Source: Callorhinchus milii (taxonomy: Eukaryota). From it: a DNA stretch of 64,000 nt. The stretch lies in assembly GCF_018977255.1 (NCBI RefSeq), contig NW_024704743.1, positions 21,206,001 to 21,270,000 of the forward strand. The letters are read 5' to 3'. A model generated the notes under the pieces. That model had not been told where the DNA came from. It worked only from the letters and a program-made list of their open reading frames with translations, and ran no database searches. The position numbers were made by a program, and so were the translations under genes. Shown piece by piece: positions 51,172 to 62,856 of this stretch (position 1 is the first letter of the stretch; each line of letters opens with the position of its first letter).

Positions 51172-51490
51172 TGGAGTTCTGTAGCATAGTGGTGAGCGCA
51201 AGAGGCCCCGGGTTCGATTCCCGGGTGGGGAGAAACCTTAGCAGTAAGTAGGAACCCAGTTGGTAGTCGATCGGCGGATCGCTTTCCGGGGGGGTAATAA
51301 TCCCTCCAAAAGAAAAAGAAAATTGTCACTTAATCCACGACTATCTATAGGACACTGCTGTGCACAGTTGGCTGCCGCATTTCGCTCACAAAATACACAG
51401 ACAATCCAATTTGCAGTATATTCTGTGAAGCGCTTTGAGACTTCTCAACAATATGATAAGGTGCTACATCAAATGCAAGTATTATTATTA
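51172..51490 (+). mobile_element. tRNA-derived SINE variant inserted in an older minus-strand SINE tail
   Basis: B box GGTTCGATTCC; flanks ...GTTAGGAGGCA and TCTCAAAGCG... rejoin into one tail. Confidence 0.88.
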
Positions 51491-51779
51491 TCTCAAAGCG
51501 TTTCAAAGGATATACTGTAAAGTGTAGTGACTGTGTATTTTGAAGGTGAAGTAGGGGATGATTTTTTACCTGTTTCTTTTGTCTCCAGCCCTGTGCACTA
51601 TTTACAGTAACTACACCTGTGTCTGAGCTGCATATTGTTGTGTAGCAGGATTCCAGTTATAAACTGGCCAAATTCTGGGTCAAAGCCTCAGTGAGGGATT
51701 GTTATTTTCTTTTGATAGTTCCTGCAGTGCCGGGGAATTTTTCCTGACAATTAAACTGTACTTTTGTCTGGCTCCAGCG

Positions 51780-52160
51780 CTGGATTAGTCGCACCACCCA
51801 GTGTAGTATTATGATATATAGACGAGAGGTCATGGGTTCAATTCCTGCTCTATGCTGAGTTAGCAGTTGGAACACTACAATTGACTTTAGTGCCCGTAGG
51901 CAATGGAAGGGAAAGGTTCCTACTCCAGTTATCTCCTGCTGAAAAGTATGTTTATGTGTGTGGACATCAGATGGAGATAGGATCAGGTCAACTGTAATGC
52001 CCTCCACTAGCAACTAGCCTGCTGACACTGACACTCGGTCTCAAGGCTCATGTATGAAAATGCTCCCTTGGGTGTGGTATTGGGAGGACGCTAAATCCTG
52101 TGGAATCCCATCTCAGCAGGAGTTGTTGCCTTCGGGGGAGGAGGAAGAGAGGAAAGGGTA
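51780..52160 (+). mobile_element. Ancient SINE-like dispersed repeat, family not assigned
   Basis: B-box-like GGTTCAATTCC then TATGCTGAGTTAGC...GTGTGGACATC...AGGCTCATGTATGAA; similar copies elsewhere in the window. Confidence 0.6.
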
Positions 52161-54003
52161 AGAGAATTGGCAACAAAAATTCCTAAACCACCAGTGAACA
52201 AGACCTTGTGGAACTGACTTAGAAAACCCGTTTTGTTTGTGTCTAGATGCTCATGATTTTGTATCCATGTAGATTATTTTTGCTGCGGTTACTTTTTTAA
52301 AAAACTTTTATCAATGGATCTGAAAACTCAGGCTGAATATTGAGACTGAAGAAATTCTAACCTGCTAGAATTCTTAAGTGTAGCCTTTTCTTATATGGAC
52401 TGCACTGCACGTTTTTAAAAGAAAGTAGTATTCAATGTCTTTGAAAGTATGGCCCCCAGCTAATGCAAAACTTGTGTGCAGCCTTACTGCTTTGAACTGA
52501 GGATTGAATTTGCCCCCCTTGTGTTTGTTTTAGCTGTCTGTGTCCATATATCATTTCTATGCTATAAGAACTGTATAGTCTAGCAAAGCAATAATGGAAC
52601 CCAGCTCCTTAAAATGCCCAAATTTAGAAGTGCTTCAAAAATGTTTAATGCCTTCACATTGCCTTACTATAAAAGACTAATACCTATTCCTAAATTATGC
52701 TCACTGGATTACACAATTGAATCTGTAGTGTCAACCTTAAAAATTCTGTGCATTAATTTGCTTGCATTGTAGTGCCGGGGGTTGAACAAATCTGTATGAA
52801 GTATGAAGTACTTTAAGACTGCCCACTGCAAATTGTCCCAATTATACTTGGTTTGGTCATGTCTGTGATGTAGATTACTTGGCATTCTTTCCCTTAAAAT
52901 TGACAAATTAAGTAGTGTGTGTAATTCAGACCTATGAACAGAAGGCTCTTTTAGTTACTTTTCCAACACAATCTTTGTCAAAATGATTGCAACAAGGCTG
53001 CGAGCTACAGTATTTATAAAGATGGTGAAGTTTCAATATTAGATTATTAGGTTTATGTAACATAAAGGGAATGATGCACACACTTTGTATATGAAATCTA
53101 ATTTTGCTCTGATCCACTTATTTTGGGGTAAGTTAAATTATTATTTTACATGGACAGAATCTGTAAATGAGAGGGATCAGGATCTGAAAATGGGATGACC
53201 TTCATGTCGAGACGTCTCAAAGCGCTTCACAGAATATATTGTAAAGTGAATTGACTGTATACTTTGTGGGCGAAACAAAATGCTATATATGCACACTAAA
53301 GACACTCAGCTTTTGTTTTGTTTAATAATGTTCTGAAAAGTGGGGGGTTGCAAAATCTTCCTGGAAAATGATTCCACAGGCCCATAGACACAGATACAGT
53401 CTCATTCCAGTATGTTGTTCATGTGGCCATTATTCATACATTAAATAGACATTGAGGGTTGACAAGCTGTTCTACCATAAAGCTCATCACAACCATACTC
53501 GTTTGTGTTCTGAACTGTCGTAGGGAGAATTAACTGTGAGGACAAGGAGCTTGAATTTGATCCACAAGCTACAATTCTGAGAAGACTTTTTTTAATATGG
53601 AAGAGTCTGTGATCGGGTTACATCAATGCATTCACTGGATGACATCCTGACCCATTAAAACAAGTATTAAAAAGAGAACTGCCCTATCTGTCAGTTTTAT
53701 GCCCCTTTCAAAGATGCTGGTAAAGATTACTGAATTTAATGTGTATGTTTCTTGCTCAACATTGATTTATGTCTGACTGTCTGTCGTTGTGTAGCAGAAA
53801 TCTGTGATCTTTTCTGTGAAAAAGAGTACTCTGACTGAACCTCGTTCACTTCATAGATTGCGTTAAATGATAAGGAACCTGGAAAGCAAACATACTATTT
53901 TCTATTAAGCTTGATGATAATCCAAATTAAATGAAATTTCAATGGGGCATTTTATTTGTTTCTGTGCATTTTATGTGGAACATCATTGTAGAAGAAGCAA
54001 ATA

Positions 54004-54180
54004 CAGTGAACTCCTGACAATTCAACTCTGGCTTAACTTGTCACTCCCACTTAAGTCATCATGCTGTCAATATCCCGGCCGCATTTATTTCTGTATTTAC
54101 ACGTATGCCTAACTTGCCACTCCAGATGACTTGTCACTGATCCTTTTCCTTTGGAGTGACGAGTTATCAGGAGTTCAGTG
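54004..54180. mobile_element. Tc1/mariner (Tigger-like) MITE
   Basis: TIRs CAGTGAACTCCTGACAATTC and (reverse complement) CACTGAACTCCTGATAACTC match 17/20; TA on the left flank, CA on the right. Confidence 0.75.
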
Positions 54181-55229
54181 CAGTATACTTGCATTTGCAC
54201 AATTCATTGCTGTCTCTGAATTTAGCAAATCTCTAGTTAAATCTACGGTTGAAAAACTGAAGCAGCAAAAGCTACAGGAGGTGACATTTCTGCTGCTATC
54301 AGAACTAAAAGGTTGATTACAATTTATTTTGGGCGACAAGGAAATGAGGCAATTTATATATGAGCACAATCAAAAAAAATTCCCTTGTAACCATTTTTAT
54401 CGCTGTAGTTTGAAAAAATATCACTTGACATTCTTCTTTTTGGCACGAGGGTTATCATATCATCCACAATGGCTTTGATTACAATATTTGAAGGAAATTA
54501 CAAACATCACAGCTCCAATGCAGATTAATCCCTCAAGAGATTTTTTTTTCTTCATTTGTACGGATTTTGTGCGCGTAAGGTGGAGATTAATACTAACTGT
54601 GATTGAAACAGTGATGGAGGTTACATAAACTGAACTGGGAAGTCAAAGAAATCCAATTTTGCCTGTAAATTGATATTTGATTACTAAAAAAAGCTTATAA
54701 CAGTTCAAGCGCTTGAGACATTTTAAAAACGTAATTTCTGCAGGAATGCCATTAGTGTGATCAAGAGTACATTTCTTTCGGCATTCTCCTGTTATTTGGA
54801 TTATTGGCTTAACCCTTTAACTTGCGCATAGGTTTAGAATTTCCATGCAGGTCAGTGGAAATAGATAGGCTTCATTTTACTGATCCTGAACAGAGGGGTT
54901 CTCTTCCCTCTGTTATACCTAATAATAATCCTTGCATTCACATTTGATATAGCGCCTTTCACATCAGGAGGACTTCAAAGATTTACTGTAAAATATAGTA
55001 TACTGTAGTTTTGTAGGAAAATATGGCAAATCAATTTTATTTGGGGGATTGTTGGCCAGGACAATTAGAGAAACTCATTTCTCTTTTCGAATAAAGTAGT
55101 GCCATGGGATCTTTAACATCCACCGGAACAAGCATACGGGTTTAATGTTGATTTAATGTCTCACCTGTAGCATCACTCCTCTGACAATACAACAGTCCCT
55201 CGACACCATATTCGAGTGTCAGCCTAGAC

Positions 55230-56275
55230 CAGCTTGGTCCAACAGGCGGCCCGCGGGCCACAACCGGCTCAGCGGATGATTTTGTCCAGCCCGCAAACCA
55301 TTTCCCACTTTGCTGCTTTACGTTCTGGCTGCGCCTCTCTTCTGATCGGTCTCCATGAGACAGCGTGGAGAGTGACAGGAAGAGGGGCGGAACGGGAGGT
55401 ATCCAGCCCGCCCCTCCCTGTCACATCTCACACTGCCTCAAAGCTCGTGCAACCTGGTGAGTCTCAGTGAGCAGCAGCAGTATTTTGCAATTCTAAAACT
55501 ACGCAACTATGAGTCTCAGTAGGAAACACAAGGTAGATATGGAAAATAGAGAACTTCAGTGTAAGTGGAAGTGAATTACTTGTTTATTGAGCGTAATAAT
55601 AGTGAAAACCTAATTGCCTTGTTTGCTTGCAAGTCATATCTGTGTTGAAGGCGTTCAGAATTAGTTTTATAACTGTGGATTAATCTGTTTTCGTTTTGTT
55701 GAGCATTCTCTGTAGGGGCCTCCTTATATTAATAATAATAATAATAATCCTTGCATTTGATATAGCGCTTTTCACGTCGGGAGGACGTCCCAAAGCGCTT
55801 CACAGAACACACTGTAAAGTGAATTGACTGTATATTTGTGGGCGAACGCGGCAGCCAATTGCGCACAGCAATGTCCCACAAACAATCATGGATTGAAAAT
55901 GACCAATTTATTATTGTTTTGGTTTTGGAGGGATTATTATTAGGTGTGTGGAGTAAGGAAACTTGCCCAAGGTTTCGCCCTGCCTGGAATTGAACTCAGG
56001 TCTCTAGCTTGCAAAGCGAGTGCTCAACCACTGAGCTACAGGACTCCACATTGGGTTGATATCTTGTGTTTATACTTTAATATACAAAAAAATTGCATTT
56101 ATTTCCATTTGAGATGATCATCATTAAGTAATACAGTCACACAAGTTAAAACAGGAATTTTGTATGATTCTTTTATGATCCTGGAAGGGAAAACAAACAT
56201 ATTGTTTGTGCGGCCCAAAGATGTTTCTCAAGTGTGGCATCCGGTCGTCGACACCAAATAGGTTGGACAATCCTG
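55230..56275 (+). mobile_element. hAT (Charlie/Buster-like) internal-deletion derivative with transposase N-terminal remnant
   Basis: TIRs CAGCTTGGTCCAAC and (reverse complement) CAGGATTGTCCAAC match 11/14; subterminal GCGGCCC motifs at both ends; from ATG 55509 reads MSLSRKHKVDMENRELQCKW.../YLFIE.../CLVCLQVISVLK across frameshifts. Confidence 0.82.
55731..56048 (-). mobile_element. tRNA-derived SINE, short young form, inside the hAT element
   Basis: Full length; near-identical to other short copies. Confidence 0.95.
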
Positions 56276-58403
56276 CCCCAGTCTATGGGGTCAAAATACC
56301 GCCATGGGGTTTGAACCCACAATCTTTGAATCTGAGGCAAGAGCACTTCCACTTGAGGCAGGCTGACACCTGTATAACCCGTAACCCAACTAACAACACC
56401 TTCAGAACCCTTATCATGTTAACTGTGGAGAGCCAGTAAGTGGACTGATTGTTTTTAGAGATTGCATTCTACGCATACTAGAACTGAGCTAAGTATCGGG
56501 TACATCTGCTTTCAGAACTTCCAGTCACATGTTTCTTCTAATAAACTTTGCTGACCCTGGGCAACACAGCAACTGGAAAAAATAAAACAGCTTTTGCCTT
56601 TTAAAATGATAATCAAATACAGAATAAGCTTGATTAAATATTCTAAATTGATGATGGGAATATACCATACAAACACTCCCTTTGTTTTAGCGAATTGCAG
56701 CTTGTTTGTCAAAGAATGATTATTTCATATTTATAGCTAATATCTTCTATCATTGCTGCATCGATTCATAATTTGTGTTTCATATACGGTGTTGAAACCA
56801 TTTACCAACTTTTAAAATGTGCTCTCGTTCTGGAAAATAAATATTTCTAAATTAGCATTTTATTTAACAGGTGTTCAATTTTTGCTCTGAAATGGTCTTT
56901 GAAAAAAAATAGGCATTTCATTACATTTGTTCCCCAGCTGTGGTCCAGCTATACAGCAAATTAATTCCTTAAGCTAGGGAAAAATGAGATGCCCCATCAC
57001 ATGACTTAGATGTCTTGCACATCAGAAGGTGTTTAAGCCAGTAGCTTCCCCAACTGGGGTTTCGATGTAATGTATGGCTTGTGGCGATTTTTGCTCATAA
57101 ATCTTCCCCATTTGTCTATTGGCCTGCCTGGCTATCACGCCATAAAAGGAGATTGTGATTCCTCTGTGGGCTGGTTGTGCTTTCAAACCTGAATTTCTGC
57201 TCTGTGCATTTCATCAAAATGACTATTTCTCCCCCATGGGTTTAGATCTCCAGTAACATTTGTGAATCACGGGAGGGTTTTCTGCAGTTTAACTATTTGA
57301 GATATAAATAGCAATGTCATAGTTGTTCTGTAATTAAACTTGACGGTATCGTACAAAATGCAAAGGAAAGTGATAACTTCAGGAAGTACTGTCCACAATA
57401 GCACAAGCCGTATTGTACAGCATTTTGATTGTGCACTGTAGAGTGCTACTCAAATACTTCTTCATACAATAAGGTAGGCAACTGAACTGTGCAATTGTTT
57501 GCTCTTGTATTCACACTTTGTCATAAATATCAAAATATATTACTGTTAAGCTTTACGGTGTAGTGCAATCTTTACTGTATATTTTGGGGGATAACACAAT
57601 TTAACTCTGAAGTATATTGCTTATCCTGTTACTGTGTTATAAAGGTAAAATGTATGCGTTTTTCTGGACATTTGATAATTACGTGTCTCGTTAATGTAAA
57701 TCTGCCAAGTACAGTGCACCCAGTACAGATAGTTAATGGGGTTTAATTTCCATATCAGCAAACTGGAAGCGTTAGGTTCATTTGTGACATTTTTGTGACT
57801 TTGTTTTATGCAATTCGTAGCCCTGCGACTTGCAAATCCCAAATCAGCAAAGTCCGATAGAAGATAAGCAAATAAAATGGTTGGAAATTTGTTAACTGCC
57901 CTTTCATTTTGCACTTTGTGGCTTGGGATTTGCAGGCCACATATTTTGCCGTAAGTATCTCACAAACCAGAAGTTTTAATTAATGCCACAAATCTGAGTT
58001 TGTGACTGTTGTGAATTAGATTTGAAATGACATTGGTTTGACTTTGGTTTCATATCAAACTAGGGTGGCCTTCTTCTGTACCAGCATCTGTTTACCGACT
58101 GTATGGAGCTAAACTGTCCTGTGAAAGAAAATGTTGCTGTGAGCAGAAGCTGGTGGCCAGACCAACTGGCACTCTGCAGTGTACCCATCATTCACACAGG
58201 TTGCTGGTGCTGCATTGCTGGATGCATTCCCTCCTCATTCAAATTTGATCCAAAAATTCAAATGAGTTGGTGACTCAACTTGTGATTTGTATTAGTTGCT
58301 GCATTGGCCTGCATAACATTCACTTCATTTACAATTAATCTGATTCTCTAGAGAAGATAGACATTTTATTTTACGGTGAAAGGTGCAATATAAATGCAAT
58401 TTG

Positions 58404-58725
58404 TGGAGTCCTGTAGCTCAGTGGTTAGAGCACTCGCTTTGCAAGCGAGCGACCTGAGTTCAATTCCAGGCAGAGGGCGAAACCTTGGGCAAGTTTCCTT
58501 ACTCCACACGCCTAATAATAATAATCCCTCCAAAACCAAAAAAAAATAATAAATTGGTCATTTTCAATCTACGACTGTTTGTGCGACATTGCTGTGCGCA
58601 ATTGGCTGCCGCGTTCGCCCACAAATATGCAGTCAATTCACTTTACAGTGTGTTCCGTGAAGCGCTTTGGGACGTCCTCCCGATGTGAAAAGCGCTATAT
58701 CAAATGCAAGGATTATTATTGTTAT
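58404..58725 (+). mobile_element. tRNA-derived SINE, short young form
   Basis: GGAGTCCTGTAGCTCAGTGGTTAGAGCACTCGCTTTGCAAGCGAG head; flanked by AATTTGT at 58398-58404 and 58726-58732. Confidence 0.95.
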
Positions 58726-58781
58726 AATTTGTTGTTGGTGACACAGTGGTGACTGTTAAAAAGTTCATTTGTTGCTATTTT

Positions 58782-60561
58782 CAATAGAACCCCCATTATA
58801 GCGCGGTTTATTGTAACTCGAGTTCGCTTGTAGTTCGAACTATTTGTTAACCCCGTTCATCGTGCACCCTAGCGGCTCGTCAGCTCGCTTTGCAACACAG
58901 CAGCTCGTCTAAACATGACTGATTGGTCAACTTATCAAATGGTCACCATTACCATGACTTGTGTATTACACGTGCCAACAGGCAAGAAGTGATATTGATG
59001 GTGACCTAATGACTAGGAAGTCAGCCATTTTGATTTCTAGTGCTAAAAATAGCCGACTTCTGAGTCATGAGGGCATCGCCGATGTTATTTCCTTCACACT
59101 AGGCATTTGTGGCGCATAGGAAGTGGTGTTGTCATGAATCGCATGGCCTGGAAGAGTTGGCTATTTCTTTTCTCGTGTGAAAGCCCAGAAACAAACTGGC
59201 TGGATGTTTGCCTCAAATGATATTCTGTCTGTCTGTGACCAGGGCTCCCTCTAGCTTCTCGTCCTCCTTGACTTCTCCTGCCTTTGATACCTTTGACCAG
59301 TGCATCCTCCTCAACCACCTCTCCTCTCACCTTAACCTGTATGGTTGTATCCTTGAGTGGTTCAGATCCTACCTCTCACACTGTCTCCACCTTGTCTCCA
59401 CAAATGGCTTCTCCTCCAGCCCCCAAACAGTCTCGTGGGCTCTGTCCTTGGTCCTCTCCTCTTCAACTTGTACATGCTCCCTCTTGGTGACATCATCCAT
59501 GGATACAGGATCAACATCCACATGTATGCAGATGACACCCAACTCTATCTCTCTGCTTTCACCCCCGACTCTAGGACTATTGCTGTCCTGACAGAATGTC
59601 TGTCAAATATCAAGTCCTGGATGAAAGCTAACTTTCTACAGTTGAACGACAACAAGACTGAGGCTCTCCTGATTAGCTCCCGTCAGCGCCTCCACAACTC
59701 AGGCATGGGCAGCATCATCATCCATGAAGCACACTCCACCTTACTGAGCCAGTTGGAACCTTGGCTCCTTCTTTGACCCTCAACTGTCCATTCTACTCCA
59801 CATCTGTGCCGTAACCCGCTCTGCCTTCCCCCACCTTTGCGATGTTGCTTGGCTCCACCTTACTGCCTCACCCCTCAGGCCACCAAAACCCTCATCCACA
59901 GGCTCATCACATCTAGGCTCGTCTAAGCCAACTTGTTGGCCTTCCCAAACCTTCCTTCCATAAGCTGCAGATCATCCAGAACTCTACGGTTTGTATCCTC
60001 TCCCGCACCAGGCTCCAAGACCCCACCACCCCCATCCTCTCCCAGCTCCACTGGCTCCCCATTCCCCAGATGATAGGATTCAAAATGCTCGTCCTCAGCT
60101 TCAAGGCCCTCCACAGCCTTGCTCCTTCCTACCTCTGTGATCTGCTAACCCCATATCATCCAGTCCGCTTCCTCCGCTTAGCAGACTCCGGCCTGCTCCT
60201 CGTCCCCCGCCCTCCCCTCCCCCACCATTGGAGGTTGAGCCTTCAGCCTCTTTGCCCCCACCCTTTTGAACTCTATCCCACTCTATCACCTCTCTCCCTC
60301 CCTTGCCTCTTTCAAGACACGTCTCAAGACTCTCCACTTTGACTGCGCCTTCAGCCATGCTCCTACTCTCCCTGTCCTCTCTGATTCCAACACCCTGCTC
60401 GAGTCCAAATCCTGGACTGTCCAGTGCCTTGGGACATCCTCCCGACATGAAAGGCGCTATACAAATGTAATTTTGTAATATATAGTATGTGCGCACAAGC
60501 AATGAAACAGGGTTGGAAATCTTTGGTCCCTGGCCACCACCATTATAACAAATCTCTACTG
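58782..60561. mobile_element. Possible Tigger-like DNA transposon remnant enclosing an L2
   Basis: Left CAATAGAACCCCCATTATAGCG and right CATTATAACAAATCTCTACTG-TA resemble decayed Tigger-type termini. Confidence 0.4.
59245..60478 (+). mobile_element. L2 LINE, 5'-truncated, RT domain with frameshifts
   Basis: GSVLGPLLFNLYMLPLGDII...HMYADDTQLYLS...WMKANFLQLNDNKTE (ORF 59357); FKMLVLSFKALHSLAPSYL (ORF 60070); L2 tail. Confidence 0.96.
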
Positions 60562-61349
60562 TACTATGTAAAGTCGATCCAGGTAACAATTACTTAGTTG
60601 AAAGATCTAGAACAACTGCATCTCTCCTGGAGCACAAGACATGCCTAAGTAAATATTTGTTTAATCTGGTCTGTCTTGCTTTCTCAGACAAACCGAATGT
60701 TTGCTGCTTCCATTTCCCACAATATCTCTCTGTAATTAACACTATTTCCCATCATCTATCGGTTTTAAAATAGGCTTTTATTGTACAACCCGTTGCATTA
60801 TCTTTCAGCTCAGCATTGTCAGCTCCTTTTCTGCTGCTTTTTATATCTGTAGGTAAGTGAGCTGAGCTGGTTACAAGGTGACATGCTCAGTTGGACTCAA
60901 GACAACCCATTGTGGCAATCTCTGGTTCCTGAAGCACTAGAGAAACCAGACTACCGAGACTGGTTGGTCTTCAGTCCTCCAGGGCACTACTGATGAAACA
61001 GCAGCCAGCCTAGCTCATTAGGACTCGAAGGTGCAGACTTGGGGGTAAGGTTTCTAACCGATAAGCTCCTGTTAACCCTGTAAACCAAAGCCCTAATATG
61101 CAGCGTGTTCTCAGCTGGTCAAGCAGCAATTTTAACGTGTGGGTGGCATACGTGGAACACTATCTTTTAAGCACACTCATGGTTTTCTGCATGTTTTCAT
61201 TGGAAATGACGTTGGAGGTGCAGAACCTGCCAGCGGCATATTTAAATAGCAAATTGCTGCTAAATTGACACCCATTGTTTTGCAGTGAAATGCTATGTAT
61301 GGGAGGCTTCTCAGTGTCTCAGTGTGCTTATGTAATGAATTAAATGAAG

Positions 61350-61655
61350 CCACATGGACCCGGCAGGTGCCAGCTTCGGGCCGAGATAACTGATCTCAAC
61401 CAGCAGTGCGGCTTCTACAACTGGCTCCAGCGCCCCAGTTTAGGAGCGACAAGTCAACCAGGTCCCCTCTGTTTGTAATCACTACCCAGAAAACCTGGCC
61501 TGGATGCACCTTATGGTTCAATAAGCCGTCATCGATCATTGTGCAGGCTCACCATTAATAACAATCACTTGGGAGAGTTACTGGAGGGTGACTGTGGATC
61601 TGTCTCCTAGGAGAAGGAGTTAAACTCTTTCAGGAGGAAGGGAGTGAGAAAAAAG
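61350..61655 (+). mobile_element. Ancient SINE-like dispersed repeat, family not assigned
   Basis: CTGATCTCAACC...CTACAACTGGC...GCAGGCTCAC...CACTTGGGAGAG resembles 51780-52160. Confidence 0.5.
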
Positions 61656-61929
61656 GTGTGAGCAATGGAAAAAGTACCTTGGGAGATGATTCCTTAAGTT
61701 TGTAAATAAATGAAGAATTTATGATGTTAATAGAAATAAAAGTGCCATAATTGTGTTGATCGCTACAGACATTTTAAGCTGTCTTCAACCTCTGAAACAA
61801 ATATGTAATTAAAAACACTAAGGCATTGATTTGCACAACAGACTGGGGCACATAACTGCGAACAGGACAGAAAGTGAACAAAGTTCTTCAGAGCAAATCG
61901 TAACCAGAAATTCCACTTGACTGAAAGCG

Positions 61930-62160
61930 TCCCTGATTCCAGAACACCTCTGCAATATATCAATACCCTTTGGAAGACAGAATGCCAAAAGCTGTCTGCT
62001 ATATTCCCAATGTGGCTTCAACAGTGATCTGTATAAGGCGAGAATGACTTGACTTGTCAAATGCCATTGAGACGTACGAGTGTTTCATCAGCTTTTCTGA
62101 CAAGTTTCCCTTTGCCTGGAAATGTTATGATCACTAATTGCATGTAAATCCTTATTCTTA
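61930..62160 (-). mobile_element. Ancient CR1 fragment
   Basis: VILALYRSLLKPHWEY in ORF 61818..62060. Confidence 0.65.
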
Positions 62161-62204
62161 TTTCCTTTTCTCATCAATCCGCAGTTAACTGACGAACTGC
62201 AATT

Positions 62205-62435
62205 CTATTGCCTTGCAGGAGGCAAGGGAGTGAGCGAGGCGAAGGGAATATGGGATGAAATTCCAAAGGGTGGGGGCAGAGAGGCTGAAGGCCGGACCAC
62301 CGATGGTGGGATGGGCCAGGCGGGGGATGTGGAGCAGGCCAGATTGATAGGGGTTTAGCAGGTCACAGATGTAGAAAGGGGTAAGGCCGTGGAGGATGGA
62401 GGCAGAGGAGGACAAAGCTGGAGTGATGCGGGGTA
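62205..62435 (-). mobile_element. L2 fragment
   Basis: LHGLTPFYICDLLNPY...PTIGGPAFSLSAPTLWN. Confidence 0.85.
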
Positions 62436-62600
62436 GAGGACAAGGATGGGAGCATTTTGGGGGGAAGCAGCTCAGGTCAGGGCCCAAAATTCGCATGGAG
62501 ATGCTGAAGACAGGCGGTTAGTGGGGCGTAGGTAGCCCGCAGGCCTGGCGACGGTGGGGGCTAGAGGAGACCGCACGCGCAGAGTGGGGAGAGAAGGGGC

Positions 62601-62746
62601 AACAACAACAACAACTTGGATTTTTATAGCGCCCTCCACGCCGGACGGCGTCTCAGAGCGCTTTACAGTAACGGATCCCGGGGCCGAGCCAGGGGGAGGG
62701 GGGGAGGAAGATGACCAAAGGCGTGGTCGAAAAGAAAGGTCTTCAG
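62601..62746 (-). mobile_element. Young L2 3' tail, same subfamily as 36872-37097
   Basis: Reverse complement closely matches 36958-37097; (AAC)n end. Confidence 0.9.
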
Positions 62747-62856
62747 CAGAGAGGCGGGCCTCATTATGTTATTTTCCAGGTTGCCCAGCTTACAGGGAAA
62801 AGAGAGAGGAAGGGAAGCAAGTAATAATAAAACTGTACTACACCTGATTTCAGTAG

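Larger units (their letters stand above)
54920..56370 (-). mobile_element. Deu-domain SINE split by a hAT element (54920-55229 and 56276-56370)
   Basis: GTGCCATGGGATCTTTAACATCCACC core on the left; head GGGTTTGAACCCACAATCTTTGAATCTGAGGCAAGAGC on the right. Confidence 0.75.

Noticed and set aside
58404..58480. tRNA-Ala genes
   Set aside because: Each tRNA-like sequence continues directly into the SINE body and tail, with no Pol III terminator right after the acceptor stem
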